Below the pieces are notes generated by a model that saw only the letters and a program-made list of their open reading frames with translations, did no database searches and was not told the origin of the DNA. Source: a virus (lineage: Duplodnaviria; Caudoviricetes). From it: 58,497 nt of DNA. A program made the position numbers and the translations under genes. The stretch covers positions 1-58,497 of IMG/VR virus record IMGVR_UViG_3300004265_000001. One strand, 5' to 3'. Below are positions 18,059-26,829 of this stretch, piece after piece. Each line of letters starts with the position of its first letter. Within the stretch, counting starts at the first letter, position 1.

Positions 18059-19764
18059 CGCGCCATCCAGTTTGTTTGTTTAGTGGTTGTCTCGTCACTT
18101 CGCTTAATGCGCTTCGGAGCCTTGGATCTCATTTGTTGAGCAATCATATAGCTCATAACCTGATCGTCTTTAGAACCTGACATAGCATTAGCCCTACCTC
18201 GCTCGTCACGCACATAAGTATAAAACTCACTTACTGTACCGGTCCAACGAATACCGCTTTTTTCATTCTCTAATAAATCTTCCATATCACTAATAAGAAT
18301 TTCCTTACTTACTGCTGATGTTTGCCAACCAATGCGCTTGGTTTCTTCATCATCATCTTCACGGTCCATGTATTCTTCAAAGTAGATATGTTTCATTGGG
18401 TAAACAGCTCTTAGCCTATCAAGTACAGCGTGGCCATGATTGTTGCGCTCTACACCAACATAAGAATAATTGTACCACTCGCCAACGTGTTTAATTAAAT
18501 CTGCAAACTTTTTAGGCGGTATTTTCCCAAACCAATGCGCGACTTGAATACCAGTATCTTTATGAAGTATATCAAAGCTTGAGTTATCGCCATGCTCTAA
18601 ACCTTCGGCAACATCGGCACCGATCACATATTGCTCGTCTTTTTGTGGCACTTCCCATACTAGCAGATAACCAGTTGTAGCCTTAGAGGTCTTATCTGTA
18701 TAGCTTCTCTGCACTTGAGTCATATCAACTTTGCGATTGGCTATCTTTCTAACTCCTGAAGTCACATTGATATCGTAAATAAGTAATGGACGCTTAACGC
18801 CGCCCTTGGCCACCATAAGATCATCGTTCTCAAACACCTTGCGGCCTGATGTTAAGAAGGCTTCTTCAGGGGTTGACGGAAATTCCTGCTTCATCTTGGT
18901 TTTTTGTTGACGCTCTTTGGCTATATACCAAGCCTTGCGCTCGTCTGGTATCTTTTTGCCTAGCGCCTTCTCAAGTGAAGTAAAGTATTTGTACTGCACC
19001 TTTGTAAGCAGCAACCCGCGTTCTGGTACCGGCATTGTGTATGTTGGTTCATCCCACCAAGGGAAGAAGAAAAACTTAAAGTCGATATCTGTTAGCGGAA
19101 TGCCAGCATCTAATAGTTCTTTAGCCTCTTGGCACAAATCAAAGTAATGACCTGCAGCACCTTCTGCGGTTGATTCTATGAATGCAATGTTACCTGGATG
19201 CACTGCGTTTAATGTACCGCTCATTACCTCTTCAGCTTTATCTTCACGTTCAGCACATATCTTAGCGAACTCGGATACGTGAAGAATGTTTAGCGTACCT
19301 GAGCGGAATGATGTTGATACGGTAATGGTTGAACCGTTGTCGAACTCTATTTCATCACTGTTGAGCCTTACTGATGGTATTGTTCGCTTTAACCAATCAG
19401 GCAGGTTCTTATAGGGGTAAAGTATCTTAGTCCTGAATATCTTTCGCGCTTGATCTCGGCCCTGTGCAATAACACCACACTCAAGGTCGGCATTGAATAA
19501 AGCTGAATCTAGGATAAATATCTGTATTGCAGTTGAGAACCCGAGCTGCCTAGCCTTCAGTATGATATTAAAAAACCATAAGTGACTAAACAGGAAGCGT
19601 TGTGCGGCATTCATACGGAACAAAACCTTTCTACCGCTCTTGTCTGTGATGTAGTAAAGATTGTTCAGTCGCCACCATTGGTCACTTAGCCTAGCCTTGA
19701 TATATGCCTTCATATCAGACTTGCTCATGGTTGCTATCTGTTCTTCGGTAAGCCAATCTTTCAT
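18055..19764 (-). CDS. terL: Terminase large subunit
   Basis: 569 aa with ILKARQLGFST (Walker A variant), LHVSEFAK (Walker B), ESTAEG, and the RNase H-like nuclease motifs IGADVAEG and DDQVMS. Confidence 0.92.
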   Translation of the reverse strand: MKDWLTEEQIATMSKSDMKAYIKARLSDQWWRLNNLYYITDKSGRKVLFRMNAAQRFLFSHLWFFNIILKARQLGFSTAIQIFILDSALFNADLECGVIAQGRDQARKIFRTKILYPYKNLPDWLKRTIPSVRLNSDEIEFDNGSTITVSTSFRSGTLNILHVSEFAKICAEREDKAEEVMSGTLNAVHPGNIAFIESTAEGAAGHYFDLCQEAKELLDAGIPLTDIDFKFFFFPWWDEPTYTMPVPERGLLLTKVQYKYFTSLEKALGKKIPDERKAWYIAKERQQKTKMKQEFPSTPEEAFLTSGRKVFENDDLMVAKGGVKRPLLIYDINVTSGVRKIANRKVDMTQVQRSYTDKTSKATTGYLLVWEVPQKDEQYVIGADVAEGLEHGDNSSFDILHKDTGIQVAHWFGKIPPKKFADLIKHVGEWYNYSYVGVERNNHGHAVLDRLRAVYPMKHIYFEEYMDREDDDEETKRIGWQTSAVSKEILISDMEDLLENEKSGIRWTGTVSEFYTYVRDERGRANAMSGSKDDQVMSYMIAQQMRSKAPKRIKRSDETTTKQTNWMAR

Positions 19765-19949
19765 TTGATATTCCGGTCAATTAAATACATGCAAGCAAAG
19801 TATATAGGCGCACTCCATTTGGCTACTTCATTTAAGCTAAATGCAAATGCAAGAGGAACTAAGACAGCGACATATGCCACTGAGGACATAAGCAACACTT
19901 TCCCTTCGCGCTTAAATTGCTTCGTTTGAACGACTGTTAACTTGGCCAT
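19761..19949 (-). CDS. Small membrane protein
   Basis: 62 aa with two hydrophobic segments. Its stop overlaps the TerL start. Confidence 0.5.
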   Translation of the reverse strand: MAKLTVVQTKQFKREGKVLLMSSVAYVAVLVPLAFAFSLNEVAKWSAPIYFACMYLIDRNIK

Positions 19950-19965
19950 ATCTATTCCAAAATAT

Positions 19966-19989
19966 AAAAAGCCTAGAGTTAACTAGGCT
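19966..19989 (-). terminator. Intrinsic terminator-like hairpin
   Basis: aaaaaGCCTAG-agttaa-CTAGGC, giving a U-tract on the minus strand after 19998..20555. Confidence 0.55.
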
Positions 19990-19997
19990 ATCAAAGT

Positions 19998-20555
19998 TTA
20001 TTGTTGAACTACTGGATCACTATCTTCTACGTTAACGCAACCGATGGCAGCAAGTACATTACCCATAGCATCAATAGTGCTTTGAGATACGCTGCCTGTG
20101 ATGGCGTGATCATTGAATGCCACCAGCATAACCTCTGCCATTGAATTGGCAACCTCGTGAGCATTGGTCATCATTGCTTTCATGCAATCACGGCAATAGA
20201 AGGTTTCGCCTCGATAGGTATTGCCACAAGTAAGCGTCTTGCCTTCGCTAATTGGTTCTTTGTAACCACATGGTATCGATGATTCGATACTAGCCGGTTT
20301 AACTTCTTCTTGCTCATAGCCAGTAAGCATATTGATAAGGTTGGTGGCTTCGTTAGGCTTAGCGTCAAATACTGGTAATGGGCTTGACTGCAGCTTACCT
20401 AGTAAATCTTTAAGAACAATAGAGCTATTGCCGCCTGTTGGTGAGGTGACAATAACAACTTCATCCTTTGCCTTGTTAAACTCAGGAAGTCCAACGCCAC
20501 TACTTCTCATTGCGATGACTGGTTCATACTTACTTTTGTCGTTGTTCTGTGTCAT
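19998..20555 (-). CDS. Hypothetical protein with a Cys-containing segment
   Basis: 185 aa ORF with an agga RBS and C-x12-C-x9-CxxC residues. Confidence 0.55.
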   Translation of the reverse strand: MTQNNDKSKYEPVIAMRSSGVGLPEFNKAKDEVVIVTSPTGGNSSIVLKDLLGKLQSSPLPVFDAKPNEATNLINMLTGYEQEEVKPASIESSIPCGYKEPISEGKTLTCGNTYRGETFYCRDCMKAMMTNAHEVANSMAEVMLVAFNDHAITGSVSQSTIDAMGNVLAAIGCVNVEDSDPVVQQ

Positions 20556-20647
20556 TTGTGTGTGTCCTAGATAGTGAAAGTGATTAAGTATTCAATGTAG
20601 TGCGCAAAAATAGGGGGTTAATACCCTAATCTAGTCGTTATTTGTGC

Positions 20648-21100
20648 TTATTCTTGCAATTCATCATACAAGCGACCAAATTCGTTTTGAAGGCTATCAA
20701 ACTTTTTGCCGCCTTTCGACTTGGCTATATTGTATGCATCAACAAATGCACTGGTAAGATCAATGTTCTTCTCATATAGCCTAGTATTTTCTGCTTCAAT
20801 CTTATCAATATGCGCTTTAATTCTTGAGCTATCATCTTGCTTGCTGTCTGCTAGCATCGCTCTAGCATCTTGCTTGCTGTATGCTACAGCATTGTTTAGT
20901 AATGATATTCCAGTGATTGAAACATCGCTTACGCCATTTGCTTGGCCATTTGAAACCGCCGCCCGAGCTACCTGCTCTGTTAATGACTGCATTTGCTCAC
21001 CAGTAGAAATATATTCATCGGCTTGGAACATAATCTGGTAGTTATGTGACGAACCATTGCGGTAAGCTTGATAGAACACTGCGTATGCTAGTTGTGACAT
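20648..21100 (-). CDS. Hypothetical protein
   Basis: 150 aa ORF beginning 3 nt after the TerS stop, with a gagg RBS. Confidence 0.55.
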   Translation of the reverse strand: MSQLAYAVFYQAYRNGSSHNYQIMFQADEYISTGEQMQSLTEQVARAAVSNGQANGVSDVSITGISLLNNAVAYSKQDARAMLADSKQDDSSRIKAHIDKIEAENTRLYEKNIDLTSAFVDAYNIAKSKGGKKFDSLQNEFGRLYDELQE

Positions 21101-21102
21101 GG

Positions 21103-21927
21103 TTATTGATCCTCTCTCTTGGTCATTGATGGTAGTAAATCTCTGCGTTTTTGTATCTCTTTGACTATCTCGTCAATTTCTTCGCCCTTGCTTCCATGCT
21201 CTAATTCATACGCTTTAGCTTTCGCAAGCTTAGTATCTGCCTTGTACTTATTGGATTGGTGCAACGTAGCTTTCGTCATCGCCTTGGTTTTAACTACATT
21301 CGCACGTTCTTTGACGATCATCACCGATGTAAGCTCTATTTTCTTAATCGTCATGGCAATATTTTCTATGCGAGTAATGCACCAGGATAAGGCTTTATCA
21401 GAGTTAGCAAGCCTAGCTTCAAGGCCTTTCACCTTCTTCTCTAAGGTTTCGTTGTTCGGTTCTTTCGCTGAAGCTGCCGCCGCATTGTCTATTTCATCTC
21501 TAAGCTTGACCATATAATCAAGGGCTTCTAACGCTTTCGACCTGTAAAGAAGGAGGTCATCGTCTAACGTTCCTTGAGCTGCTAAGTCGAGAAGTTCAGG
21601 ATCAAAGTATTTACTATAAATTGAGTGACCTTTTGTTTTCGATGCTTCAGGTCTGGCCAAGTATTCGCTATGTGTTTTACCACTGTGCTCTCTAGCCTTG
21701 GTCCCATCTGGTAGGATTTTCCTTTGATCCTGCTTTGATCGATCATTAATCTCTTTTAGTATCTTAGGCATTCTCACTCTAGCGGTGTTGTAATTCACGC
21801 TATCACGCATATTACAGAAACCTTTGATAGTTAAGTCTTTTTTAGTTTCTTTCAGTACAAGGTACTCTTCACAGATGACAATCCAAACGTCCTTGCCTCT
21901 TGGTGTTGCGTTCTTAGTCATGATCAC
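21103..21927 (-). CDS. terS: Terminase small subunit (933W-like)
   Basis: 274 aa with an N-terminal HTH-like W...TIKGFC...VNYNTARVR pattern, a GHSIYSKYF...LDDDL motif and a coiled-coil tail. Upstream of TerL. Confidence 0.7.
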   Translation of the reverse strand: MIMTKNATPRGKDVWIVICEEYLVLKETKKDLTIKGFCNMRDSVNYNTARVRMPKILKEINDRSKQDQRKILPDGTKAREHSGKTHSEYLARPEASKTKGHSIYSKYFDPELLDLAAQGTLDDDLLLYRSKALEALDYMVKLRDEIDNAAAASAKEPNNETLEKKVKGLEARLANSDKALSWCITRIENIAMTIKKIELTSVMIVKERANVVKTKAMTKATLHQSNKYKADTKLAKAKAYELEHGSKGEEIDEIVKEIQKRRDLLPSMTKREDQ

Positions 21928-22012
21928 CTCTTATGCTATGTGATCGATTATAGTTAGATGACCATGATTAATCTACAGCAGCATTATTTATAGGCCATAG
22001 TAATAAAGTCGC

Positions 22013-22678
22013 TTATGTGATTGACCATCCTTTATATTCGCGTCTTTCCCCACTGATAACCTTTGTCATTGAGCGCCTATCTAAATTGTTTATTTCGCAG
22101 AACTCTGACAGGTTGTAGATTGTGACAATAACTTTGTTAGGCGATGTAATGCTATACGACTTGGCGTTAGCTTTGATTGAGTTGTCTTTAAGCGACACAA
22201 ACGAGCAAGCTTCAGGGCTGTAAACCTTATTCCCTTCAATCTTTATGTCTTTATCTAACTGGTAGCCTTCAATATAGTTTTCATCGAACCACTTAGCGAA
22301 GTTTTGGAAGTTATGCCACTCAATGCACACTGAGCAGCCTTTGTATGAAGGGCTTCTTCTTAATGATGATTCGGAATAACACCTTTTGAACATTCCACTC
22401 CAAACCTTGTACGCTTTAGTGTCCTTTCTGTCTTCACTTGCTTCGTAACCACCGACTCCAATAAAGCCGATGTTAAACAATGATGGGGATAGCTTATCTC
22501 TAATTAATCCAGACCTAACACTAGCAGCTGTGGCTTTATCGCTTACGTATCCAGTGTTGGCAAACTCAACGGTGATGTTCCTTGAGTTTTTATACTCAAT
22601 AACTTTGAATAGTCCTGAGCTAGTGGATTTGTGGATTGAACCGATTTGAATATCTTGGGGGATCTTTGGCTTTGCCAT
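22013..22678 (-). CDS. HNH-type homing endonuclease-like protein
   Basis: 221 aa with YKVWSGMFKRCY, YKGCSVCIEWHNFQNFAKWF and LDKDI...NKVYSPEAC motifs, plus a C-terminal NUMOD/HTH-like tail (FCEINNL...YKGW). Confidence 0.8.
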   Translation of the reverse strand: MAKPKIPQDIQIGSIHKSTSSGLFKVIEYKNSRNITVEFANTGYVSDKATAASVRSGLIRDKLSPSLFNIGFIGVGGYEASEDRKDTKAYKVWSGMFKRCYSESSLRRSPSYKGCSVCIEWHNFQNFAKWFDENYIEGYQLDKDIKIEGNKVYSPEACSFVSLKDNSIKANAKSYSITSPNKVIVTIYNLSEFCEINNLDRRSMTKVISGERREYKGWSIT

Positions 22679-22682
22679 AGTA

Positions 22683-22768
22683 ACCTCGTGATTGGGTTAT
22701 CGTGAATGAAGTGGCTGTGCCAAGCTGGTTCACGTTCCAGCCTTTCCCCCGCTAAAGGTAGGCACAAT
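22683..22768 (-). ncRNA. c4-antisense-like structured RNA leader (copy B)
   Basis: Minus strand reads TGTGCC-TA-CCTTTAGCGGGGG-AAA-GGCTGG-AACGTGAA-CCAGCT-T-GGCACA. The loop is complementary to downstream TTCACG and TCACG(AGG, RBS). An extended -10 TGCTAAAAT lies just upstream. Confidence 0.65.
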
Positions 22769-22789
22769 CGTATTTTAGCATTAAATATT

Positions 22790-22818
22790 AAAAAGCCCAC
22801 ATTATCGTGGGCCTTTTT
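22790..22818. terminator. Bidirectional intrinsic terminator
   Basis: aaaaaGCCCAC-attatc-GTGGGC-cttttt. Confidence 0.7.
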
Positions 22819-22833
22819 ATTGCTTGGTTGTTA

Positions 22834-23070
22834 CTAGTCGTTATCTACTGGCGATATCGATACATCAGCATCGCCAGTGATAACAGGTATCAGCTTACAT
22901 GCTGGCAGCTCTATAATCGCTGTAGCGCTTTCTGTCCATGTTGCACCAGTGATATCTATTGCAGGTTTACTATCTACACTGATTTGTAGCTTAACCTGCC
23001 CACCGACCGCAGCGCGAACTACAGCCATATATTTTCCACTTGCTATGACTTCTTCTTGTGTTAATTTCAT
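22834..23070 (-). CDS. Small beta-rich hypothetical protein (stand-alone unit)
   Basis: 78 aa with an aagg RBS and an upstream TATAAT. Bracketed by two similar terminators. Confidence 0.55.
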   Translation of the reverse strand: MKLTQEEVIASGKYMAVVRAAVGGQVKLQISVDSKPAIDITGATWTESATAIIELPACKLIPVITGDADVSISPVDND

Positions 23071-23134
23071 TTCTACGCCTTTTTAATAAGTAATAAGGTA
23101 ATTATTATAGTTTATTTATTGTGCACTATAAATT

Positions 23135-23162
23135 AAAAAGCCCACGTTGATAGTGGGCTTTT
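23135..23162. terminator. Bidirectional intrinsic terminator
   Basis: aaaaaGCCCAC-gttgata-GTGGGCtttt. Confidence 0.7.
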
Positions 23163-23167
23163 GTTGT

Positions 23168-23449
23168 TTAATGCTTCTGTGATTGGTATACCCTTTCTCC
23201 GCGGTATAATTCACCATCTTTAATGTAATAAAAGTGAATGATATCCCCGTCAATGCGTGTTGGCCTAGGCTTAGCTTTTGGCCTTAGCCGGCTTTTAATA
23301 TCTCCGACTAAGATAACAAGCATTGGTACACCAAAGAATAAACTGAAGGTTATTAATCCTGATGTAAGCCATTCCGTTTGTGTCATTGGCTTACTTCCGC
23401 TTGTTGGAACGCTGTTTAATCGATACCTGGCGTTTTCCCTTTGTAGCAT
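23168..23449 (-). CDS. Hypothetical membrane protein (start probably at MTQTEW)
   Basis: Single hydrophobic segment, within the run of small leftward genes. Confidence 0.45.
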   Translation of the reverse strand: MLQRENARYRLNSVPTSGSKPMTQTEWLTSGLITFSLFFGVPMLVILVGDIKSRLRPKAKPRPTRIDGDIIHFYYIKDGELYRGERVYQSQKH

Positions 23450-23594
23450 TTGGGCCTTTATTTTTGCATCGAGTGGTTCGGTGCGCTGTCATGTACTCAT
23501 TGGCATAGGCTTGCTTTGACTTACCAAAGAGTGAAGTTGAATTGATACTGGCCATTGCTGCCATAGCGAGTGATACTAACATTGTTTTTTTCAT
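23391..23594 (-). CDS. Small basic hypothetical protein
   Basis: 67 aa with a ggag RBS, a hydrophobic N-terminus and a K/R-rich C-terminus. Confidence 0.5.
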   Translation of the reverse strand: MKKTMLVSLAMAAMASINSTSLFGKSKQAYANEYMTAHRTTRCKNKGPNATKGKRQVSIKQRSNKRK

Positions 23595-23610
23595 GGTTAT
23601 GCTCCGTTGG

Positions 23611-23958
23611 TTAGTTGTAATCAGTAGTCATGCAAGGCGCAGGATTAAATTCATCAAATGGCCTTACAAAACTAATCATTGGCACTTGGTAATGGTATCT
23701 GCTGCCCTTAAATAGCTTTGCACCTCCTATTGACTCTTCACTTCGCAATATCTTCCAGAGTTCGCGCCAGTTTGTTGGTGCTTGCTCACATTCCATATCT
23801 TCTTCAGTCATAGAGTCATCGTAATACTCTGCCTGTACTTCTTTGGCGCTATTGGCTAGAAACACTTCTGATTCTTCACCAAGCCAAAATAGCTTACGGC
23901 CCTGCATAGCCACATCGAATATCATTTGCTTTACGCGCTTGTTGTTCCCTTTACTCAT
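23611..23958 (-). CDS. Hypothetical protein
   Basis: 115 aa ORF in the leftward early operon. Confidence 0.55.
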   Translation of the reverse strand: MSKGNNKRVKQMIFDVAMQGRKLFWLGEESEVFLANSAKEVQAEYYDDSMTEEDMECEQAPTNWRELWKILRSEESIGGAKLFKGSRYHYQVPMISFVRPFDEFNPAPCMTTDYN

Positions 23959-24360
23959 TTTAATTGCCGCCTATGTTGATTACTTGTGGTTAATGGTCTT
24001 GCTAGTTTTGATTCGTGCAATGTAAGACGCGTTATTTAGGTGAAAACTACTAATGCCAGTGCCAGAGAGGCATCTAAACAGATTGTTACCCCTAGAATGT
24101 TCATGTTAATTTTAGGCTTCATTGGGTTGGTACTGTTATTAACGATATGAAAAAGTACCGCTATAAGTGTAATTAACATTACTCACCACCTTGCTTTAAG
24201 TGCATCAGGCTTTTGCCTATGTTTGTCATTGCTGAATGAATACGGCCCTTTTCGCTTTATCCCACTTGTTAGGGCATTTTTCGCAGCCAATGGTATTGCA
24301 AGTTCCAATGATCAAATCCTTCATTCTGGCTCTAACGTTTTCTAATTCAGTCTGCATGGC

Positions 24361-24627
24361 CTATTCCTTTTTAAAACTGCTTTCAGGAAAATCAACAACG
24401 ACATTGCCATAACTATCTAGTGTGATCATTGCGTTTTCAATTTGTTTTACTGCATCAAATTCACTATGTTCAGGTCGGCGAACTGGCGCATCAACAAGAC
24501 TGCTAGGCATAAAAACTTCAATCCAACGCCTTTCACATAAAACTCGATTAATATCAAGCTTTCCATTTTCAGTAAAATGCTTAACAGCTTGGTTAATAGC
24601 TTCAACATCGGTTAGTCTAACTCTCAT
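24361..24627 (-). CDS. Hypothetical protein
   Basis: 88 aa with an aaggga RBS. Confidence 0.5.
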   Translation of the reverse strand: MRVRLTDVEAINQAVKHFTENGKLDINRVLCERRWIEVFMPSSLVDAPVRRPEHSEFDAVKQIENAMITLDSYGNVVVDFPESSFKKE

Positions 24628-24636
24628 GCTTTTCCC

Positions 24637-24819
24637 TTACTTGTCTACGTCACAGAAAATTGAACGGGTTCCTTCAGCATTCAACATGATTAGCTTATTG
24701 CCACAAAGCTTATGCTTTACGTTGCCGCGATAATATTCAAAGTAAGATACAGGGCCACTAGTATGGCATATCATTACTGGCGAAAACTTAGGTGATGCAC
24801 TTTGATTTTTGCATTTCAT
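24637..24819 (-). CDS. Hypothetical protein
   Basis: 60 aa, tightly packed in the operon. Confidence 0.4.
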   Translation of the reverse strand: MKCKNQSASPKFSPVMICHTSGPVSYFEYYRGNVKHKLCGNKLIMLNAEGTRSIFCDVDK

Positions 24820-25081
24820 GGTGTTGTTCTCTCATTATATATTTAAGGTGCTGAGCGTTTGCAGGGCTAGTAAAAATGGTTTTTCCATTGGTGATAAATA
24901 ATCGATTAGATGAAACCCCATAGCGCTTATTCCACTTTTTTTGAACTCTTAACCCATAGGCCTTGCCGACCATCCAACGCTTGAAATTAAGCTTTCTGTT
25001 TGGCTCAAGTGTAAAGTCTTGCATATATTCTGATGCAACAACTTTAAACCCATTAAGATGAAAATCCATTTTATACCCCAC
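24788..25081 (-). CDS. Hypothetical protein
   Basis: 97 aa with a basic RVQKKWNKRYG motif seen in small phage proteins. Confidence 0.5.
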   Translation of the reverse strand: MGYKMDFHLNGFKVVASEYMQDFTLEPNRKLNFKRWMVGKAYGLRVQKKWNKRYGVSSNRLFITNGKTIFTSPANAQHLKYIMREQHHEMQKSKCIT

Positions 25082-25118
25082 TGATTAGGCCCACTGGTTA
25101 GGTGGGCCTTGTTAAAAA

Positions 25119-25550
25119 TCAATCTTCTTTTTTTGGTCTGCTAACTTTGACCATGACAGCATCTAGGGCATTGATTAAGCCGCTTTCTTCAATCGCCTGT
25201 ATAATTGCCTTAACTTCTTGAGGCAAATCTTCCTCGATCTGGCAAATAGGGCAATCACATGGCTCTTTATCGCCTTGCTGATCTTCAGTGCTTGCTGCAC
25301 TAGCTTTAGATATTTCAGCATTGCCACCAGCTTTTAAAGCATTAAGCTCTTTGTCCATTTCAACAATGGTATTGCGTAACTCTAAAATAGTTTGAGTTTG
25401 ATCAAGTGAAGAACGCTTCATTGACTTGATAGCTTCATCTTGGTTTTTGGCTGCGTTATTAAACGCGCTTATCTGTGAAGCATGCTGGCGATGTAGTTCG
25501 CTAATATGCGATACAAAATAATTAGTCACTTCTTGGTTTTTATTTGGCAT
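25119..25550 (-). CDS. Hypothetical coiled-coil protein with a CDCPIC motif
   Basis: 143 aa with a ggag RBS. Confidence 0.55.
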   Translation of the reverse strand: MPNKNQEVTNYFVSHISELHRQHASQISAFNNAAKNQDEAIKSMKRSSLDQTQTILELRNTIVEMDKELNALKAGGNAEISKASAASTEDQQGDKEPCDCPICQIEEDLPQEVKAIIQAIEESGLINALDAVMVKVSRPKKED

Positions 25551-25703
25551 TGCTTTTTACTCCGGTAAACTTACTAATTAGCTTTTTGAATATGCCTTGC
25601 TTAACTGCTGGCTTATTCCATTTTTTTGATTCTATCTGCGCTTGCTGCTGGTATTGACCATCTGCAATAGCATCGTCAACAGCTCTTGATACAAGGCTTT
25701 TTT

Positions 25704-25973
25704 TCACTTGATATTCACCTCTAATATTTTTGATTTGAATGCTAATAACACTTGATTAATAGCTGATGCCTCAGTCATTTTTTTAAAATACTCATTGGCT
25801 GCGGCATTACCTTGATCGCCGAGGAAAATTAAACGGCGTTCACCTCGGCCAAACACGCGACTACTAAACTTGATAGTGATCGCTGGATTGCCGTTTACTT
25901 GCTTAATAACAACTAGTATCTGGCCTATTGCTTCTGTTTTATAAAGCTTTGCAAAATCTAATGAAGTTGTCAT
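25704..25973 (-). CDS. Hypothetical phage protein
   Basis: 89 aa with an FAKLY...IGQILV N-terminal motif typical of small early phage proteins. Confidence 0.55.
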   Translation of the reverse strand: MTTSLDFAKLYKTEAIGQILVVIKQVNGNPAITIKFSSRVFGRGERRLIFLGDQGNAAANEYFKKMTEASAINQVLLAFKSKILEVNIK

Positions 25974-25982
25974 GGTATTGCC

Positions 25983-26315
25983 TTAAAGTTGAACTTCGTT
26001 GTAAATATATTGATTTGCCGCTGCTAAAGCTTCTTCTTCTGTAAACTCAACGCCGCTAGCAACCTCGCCAGCATTGGTACAAACTGACCAGTAAACAGAG
26101 CCGCTTTCGTCATAAGGATCGGTTGATGCATCAATGTAAACCTTGGCACTATTGACTAGTGAAACAACACGAGATTCATCATTGAAAAAACGAATAGCAT
26201 TTTCAGTAGCATCATTAAGATCTTCGCTGAAAATCTCAACTTCATAACCGCTAGCGCCTATTTGCTTTTCTTCGATAGTTAGCGCTTGAAATAGATACTT
26301 GTTCATTAGTAGCAC
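25983..26315 (-). CDS. Hypothetical acidic protein
   Basis: 110 aa with an aagggg RBS. Confidence 0.55.
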   Translation of the reverse strand: MLLMNKYLFQALTIEEKQIGASGYEVEIFSEDLNDATENAIRFFNDESRVVSLVNSAKVYIDASTDPYDESGSVYWSVCTNAGEVASGVEFTEEEALAAANQYIYNEVQL

Positions 26316-26524
26316 CCCTTAACCATTGGGTTAGATTTAACAATGTTTGACTGCTCACGCTTAGGTAGCTCATGCCAATAGTCAGCCGCTTTGTTATGAG
26401 CTGCTTCCTGTTTTGAACCGCCGTTATCATCAGTAGCAGAAACGATAGCATCATACTTAGCGTTCCAGCTTACAAAGCTATTGACGTTTGTTTGATGTTT
26501 TTTGTTTATGGCTTCAATTTTCAT
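26306..26524 (-). CDS. Hypothetical protein (first gene after a leftward promoter)
   Basis: 72 aa with an ELPKREQ motif. Confidence 0.55.
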   Translation of the reverse strand: MKIEAINKKHQTNVNSFVSWNAKYDAIVSATDDNGGSKQEAAHNKAADYWHELPKREQSNIVKSNPMVKGCY

Positions 26525-26570
26525 TGTTAAATCCAGTTTAGAGAGAGGCTAACGCCCTGCCGATATGATA

Positions 26571-26618
26571 ACTATATTACATTTATAATCGTTTAGTCAA
26601 ACTTTTAATTAAACGATT
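26571..26618 (-). promoter_or_regulatory. Leftward sigma70-like promoter with an operator-like inverted repeat
   Basis: TTGACT (26600-26595), 18 nt, TATAGT (26576-26571). The inverted repeat AATCGTTTA/TAAACGATT (26587-26618) straddles the -35 box. Confidence 0.6.
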
Positions 26619-26653
26619 TTTAGATATTAAAAACGGGCCGTAGCCCGTAGTGT

Positions 26654-26824
26654 TTAAAGTTCAAACTGCTTCTCAAGATCCCTAATTTCATTGCGCCGTT
26701 CGATTTCTCTTAGCGCTTTACCTTTCTTGCTTTCGGACGCCTTTGCTTGTGAAGGTATTACTGAATCGTCATAGAGTTTAATCTGAAATCGACTTCTAGC
26801 AAATTCAACTGGCATCTTTGCCAT
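26654..26824 (-). CDS. Small hypothetical protein (56 aa, below the ORF-track cutoff)
   Basis: MAKMPVEFARSRF...EIERRNEIRDLEKQFEL, with an aggag RBS and a terminator-like hairpin at 26629-26648. Confidence 0.5.
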   Translation of the reverse strand: MAKMPVEFARSRFQIKLYDDSVIPSQAKASESKKGKALREIERRNEIRDLEKQFEL

Positions 26825-26829
26825 GGCTA

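Noticed and set aside
1507-19147. Numerous plus-strand ORFs in the track overlapping the virion genes (for example 1507..1779, 2675..3109, 5956..6354, 13674..14078, 15992..16354)
   Set aside because: They are antisense shadows of long, motif-bearing minus-strand genes, with no recognisable motifs.
22013-22678. HNH genes as group I intron-encoded
   Set aside because: They are free-standing between intact genes, with their own promoters and no interrupted host ORF or intron core.
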